From the NCBI GenBank assembly GCA_001643675.2, contig LSRY02000015.1, positions 1,054,001 through 1,118,000 on the forward strand: a DNA stretch of 64,000 nucleotides, given 5' to 3'. Shown here piece by piece: positions 61,473 through 64,000 of the stretch. The translations under genes and the position numbers were made by a program. The notes under the pieces are model-generated. The model saw nothing but the letters and a program-made list of their open reading frames with translations. It made no database searches and was not told the DNA's origin. Position 1 is the stretch's first letter. Each line of letters opens with the position of its first letter. Source of the stretch: Monocercomonoides exilis PA203. Its lineage: Eukaryota > Protista > Preaxostyla.

Positions 61473-64000
61473 AGCAAAAGGCAAAGAAGAAAAGCAAGAA
61501 CAGATTGCACCAACAGTCCCTCCGCTGGCATTGAAGACAGCATCGACATCGTTGTCAACACCGATGCGTCCTTCGAGTTCTCCATCGAATGGTCCTTCAT
61601 CTGCAGTTTCTTCAGCCAGAACCAACCAAGCACCAAACAGATTCGGATATCAAGGCAAAACTGGAACAAACGCTTCTTCCTCAGCTTCTTCAGTGCGATC
61701 GAACAGAAGAGGAGTTGCATCGGCTGAGAAGAAGAGCGGTTGGGCAGCTCCGCGCACACCGACGAGTGCAGCAAGAGAGGAAAGCGGAGTGAGTGGAAGA
61801 AGCCGGTTTGGAATGAGCAGCACGATGAAGAGCGGAAGGACATCACTTGCTGGGACACAGAGAAGAGACAAGAGGAAGGGGCTGAATGGGACGTATGTGT
61901 CGATGGAAGGAGAAGAGGGAGGAGAGGGAGGAGAGGGAAAAGATCCATATGCAGCCGCGATCAGGCAGAATGCATCGATTTTCCACAATTTGTGGATCTT
62001 GTCCACGGGTGGCGCGATGGTTCTGGGGGGTGTTTCTCGTCCGACGTTTGATGTGAGAAAAGATGAGGAGAAGGAGAAGAAGGAGAAGGAAGCAGAAATG
62101 GAGAAGGAGCGAGCACGAGCAAGAGAGCGAAGAATGGAGTCGAGGCACTTGAGAGCAGAAGGAGAAGAGAAGAAAGAAGGAACAACGAGCAATGGAGAGG
62201 ACGAACAGCAGGCGATGAATGAGCTGGAGGAGAACCGATCGCCATCCAGAGCATCGCGTCTGTCGCACATTGCGCGTGTGGGCAAATACGGCAAGGCAGA
62301 GGAAGGAAACGGAGCGAGGAGAAGAAGACGCAGGGGGAAGAGCGATGAAGAGGATGAGGTGCAGAAGCGGCTGCTGGATGAGTGGGAAGAGGAAGAGGAT
62401 GCGCTGAGGCAGTATGAGCTGGGGGAGATTGAGAAGGCGCAGTCGCGAAGACAGACAAAGCGCAAGAGCAAGCTGACGACGCTTTCGACATCGGCATCGA
62501 CTGCATCGATGGCGAATGCGAATGCGAAGGGGAAAGGAGAGCTGAGAGAAGACGAAGACTCGGAAGAGGAGATGATGGAGGACGACTCGGGGTCGATGGC
62601 AGACACAGAGATTGGGAAAGTGATGCAAGAGATTCACAAGCTGACTGTTGTGTGCGATCGGGTGAACAGAGCGAGCACGCGGAGCGACCAAGACCAGGAT
62701 GCGTTTGAGCGGCAGCTGGGGTCGAATGAGAAGCATCGCGGGACGATTGAGAAGGATGTGCAGCACATCACCGGGGAGATGCGGGAGAAGCTGTCGATAG
62801 AGAGCGGGCATCTGAATGGGCTGTGGGAGAAGCAAGGGGTGACAGACGAGAACAGGATCCATCTGCTGAAGGATCTGATTGCGAAGACAGAGTCTGGGGA
62901 AGAGCACAGAAAGAAGAACGAGGCAGGGCTATTGGAGAAGATGAGCTCGTGGATGGAGCCTCGGATGAAGGCAGCGGCGGATGCGGGAGCAGAAGACAAA
63001 GCGAGGCGGGAAGAAGAGCAGAAGGCGTTTGATGAGCTGATTGGGCAGACGAGAGAGTGGCTGGAGGCAGCGCGGAAGCAAAGAGAAGAAGAGATGAATG
63101 GAGAGAAGGTGAAGAGGGATGCGCAGCTTGAGCAGCTGAATGGAGAGAGGACAGAAATAGAGAGAGAATTTGAGAAAGGGAAAGAGGAAAGCTCGAAGGC
63201 TGGGGAAGAGAAAGTGGAAGGGTGGCTGAAGACGACAGAAGAGATGGTGGCCGCATACGAGAAGGAGATGAAGGCGCTGAAAGACAACTTTGCAGTTGTT
63301 GCGAGAGAGAAAGTGACAGACGAAGCATCATCAGCCTCATCAGCATCAGCATCATCAGCATCATCAACACACTTCGAAGACGATGGGACAGAAGTGCGGG
63401 ATGTGATGATTGGAGACGATCTGGTGGCGCGGTTTGAGGAGATGGAAGAGTCGCACGAGGCGCATGCGGAGCACCTGACGACAACGCTGGAGTCGACGGC
63501 CACGGCGCTGCAGGAGTCGGAGGAAGGAGTGAAGCGCATCCAGACGAGGGTGGTGGAGTCGATCGAGAGGCTGCGTGCGCTGGAGGAGAAGATGGAGAAC
63601 ATCCTGCCGCGTGTGAAGGAGGTGGAGGTGAGAGTGGGGGAGGCAGAGAGCGAGGATGGGCAGGCAGAGAAGGAGGACAGCACGGCAGTGTCAGAGGTGC
63701 GGGCGAGCTCGGAGGCAGTGAAGAGGGCGATTGAAGAAGAGAGGCGGCTGGTGAGCGAGGTGGTGAATGTGCAGAGCCGTGTGGTGTCGTTTGAGGAGGA
63801 GCTGTTCACGGAGATGGAGAAGGGGCTTATTCAGGTGATGAAGGAAGGAGCAGAGAAGAGAGAAGGGGCGTCGGCGCAGAGAGCAGCGAGAGGAAGGACA
63901 GTGGCGGCAAACGGCACAGCTCGTCTGGATGCGGCAGAGAAGGAAGTGGCAGAAAAGGCAGCAGAGGCAGAGGCGCTGGCAGTGTCGCAGCTGAGCACAC
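61464..64000 (+). repeat. Inverted, slightly diverged duplicate of 24842-~27405 (3' part of the Kelch gene); ORF open from ATG 61564 to the window end
   Basis: Near-identical reverse complement with scattered substitutions and in-frame indels (ANANAK vs ANANANAK; shorter SSAS tract). Confidence 0.95.

Noticed and set aside
1-64000. tRNA, rRNA or snRNA genes
   Set aside because: None recognised by eye; tRNAscan-SE and Infernal would be needed to exclude them.

Overview
This is AT-rich eukaryotic DNA with short GT-AG introns and the standard genetic code. The gene families (giant beta-helix/TM/pseudokinase protein, TmcB/C-type membrane protein, a lineage-specific ARM-like family, poly-Ser tracts) point to an oxymonad such as Monocercomonoides (inference). 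Layout: (1) 0-23 kb is accessory DNA with a pogo/Tc1-mariner DDE_1 transposon, a TmcB/C-like membrane protein ending in a degenerate hemerythrin-like domain, decayed gene remnants, a cluster of ~240-270 bp TA-flanked MITEs, a foldback repeat interrupted by a Merlin (IS1595-like) element, and a cyclin-like gene. (2) 24-42.6 kb is a compact, intron-rich housekeeping block: Kelch/coiled-coil protein, calpain, COMM-domain protein and SAPS protein. (3) 42.8-64 kb holds a perfect 1.93-kb palindrome built from MITE ends, a 12.3-kb intronless receptor-pseudokinase gene, and an inverted partial copy of the Kelch gene fused to a pseudogene. Top result: several ORFs that look separate in the track (30310-37843) splice in frame into one ~2111-aa protein with ~23 TM segments plus CysPc and C2L domains. 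Its last TM block resembles plant DEK1, so this looks like a DEK1-type membrane calpain in a metamonad-like protist.
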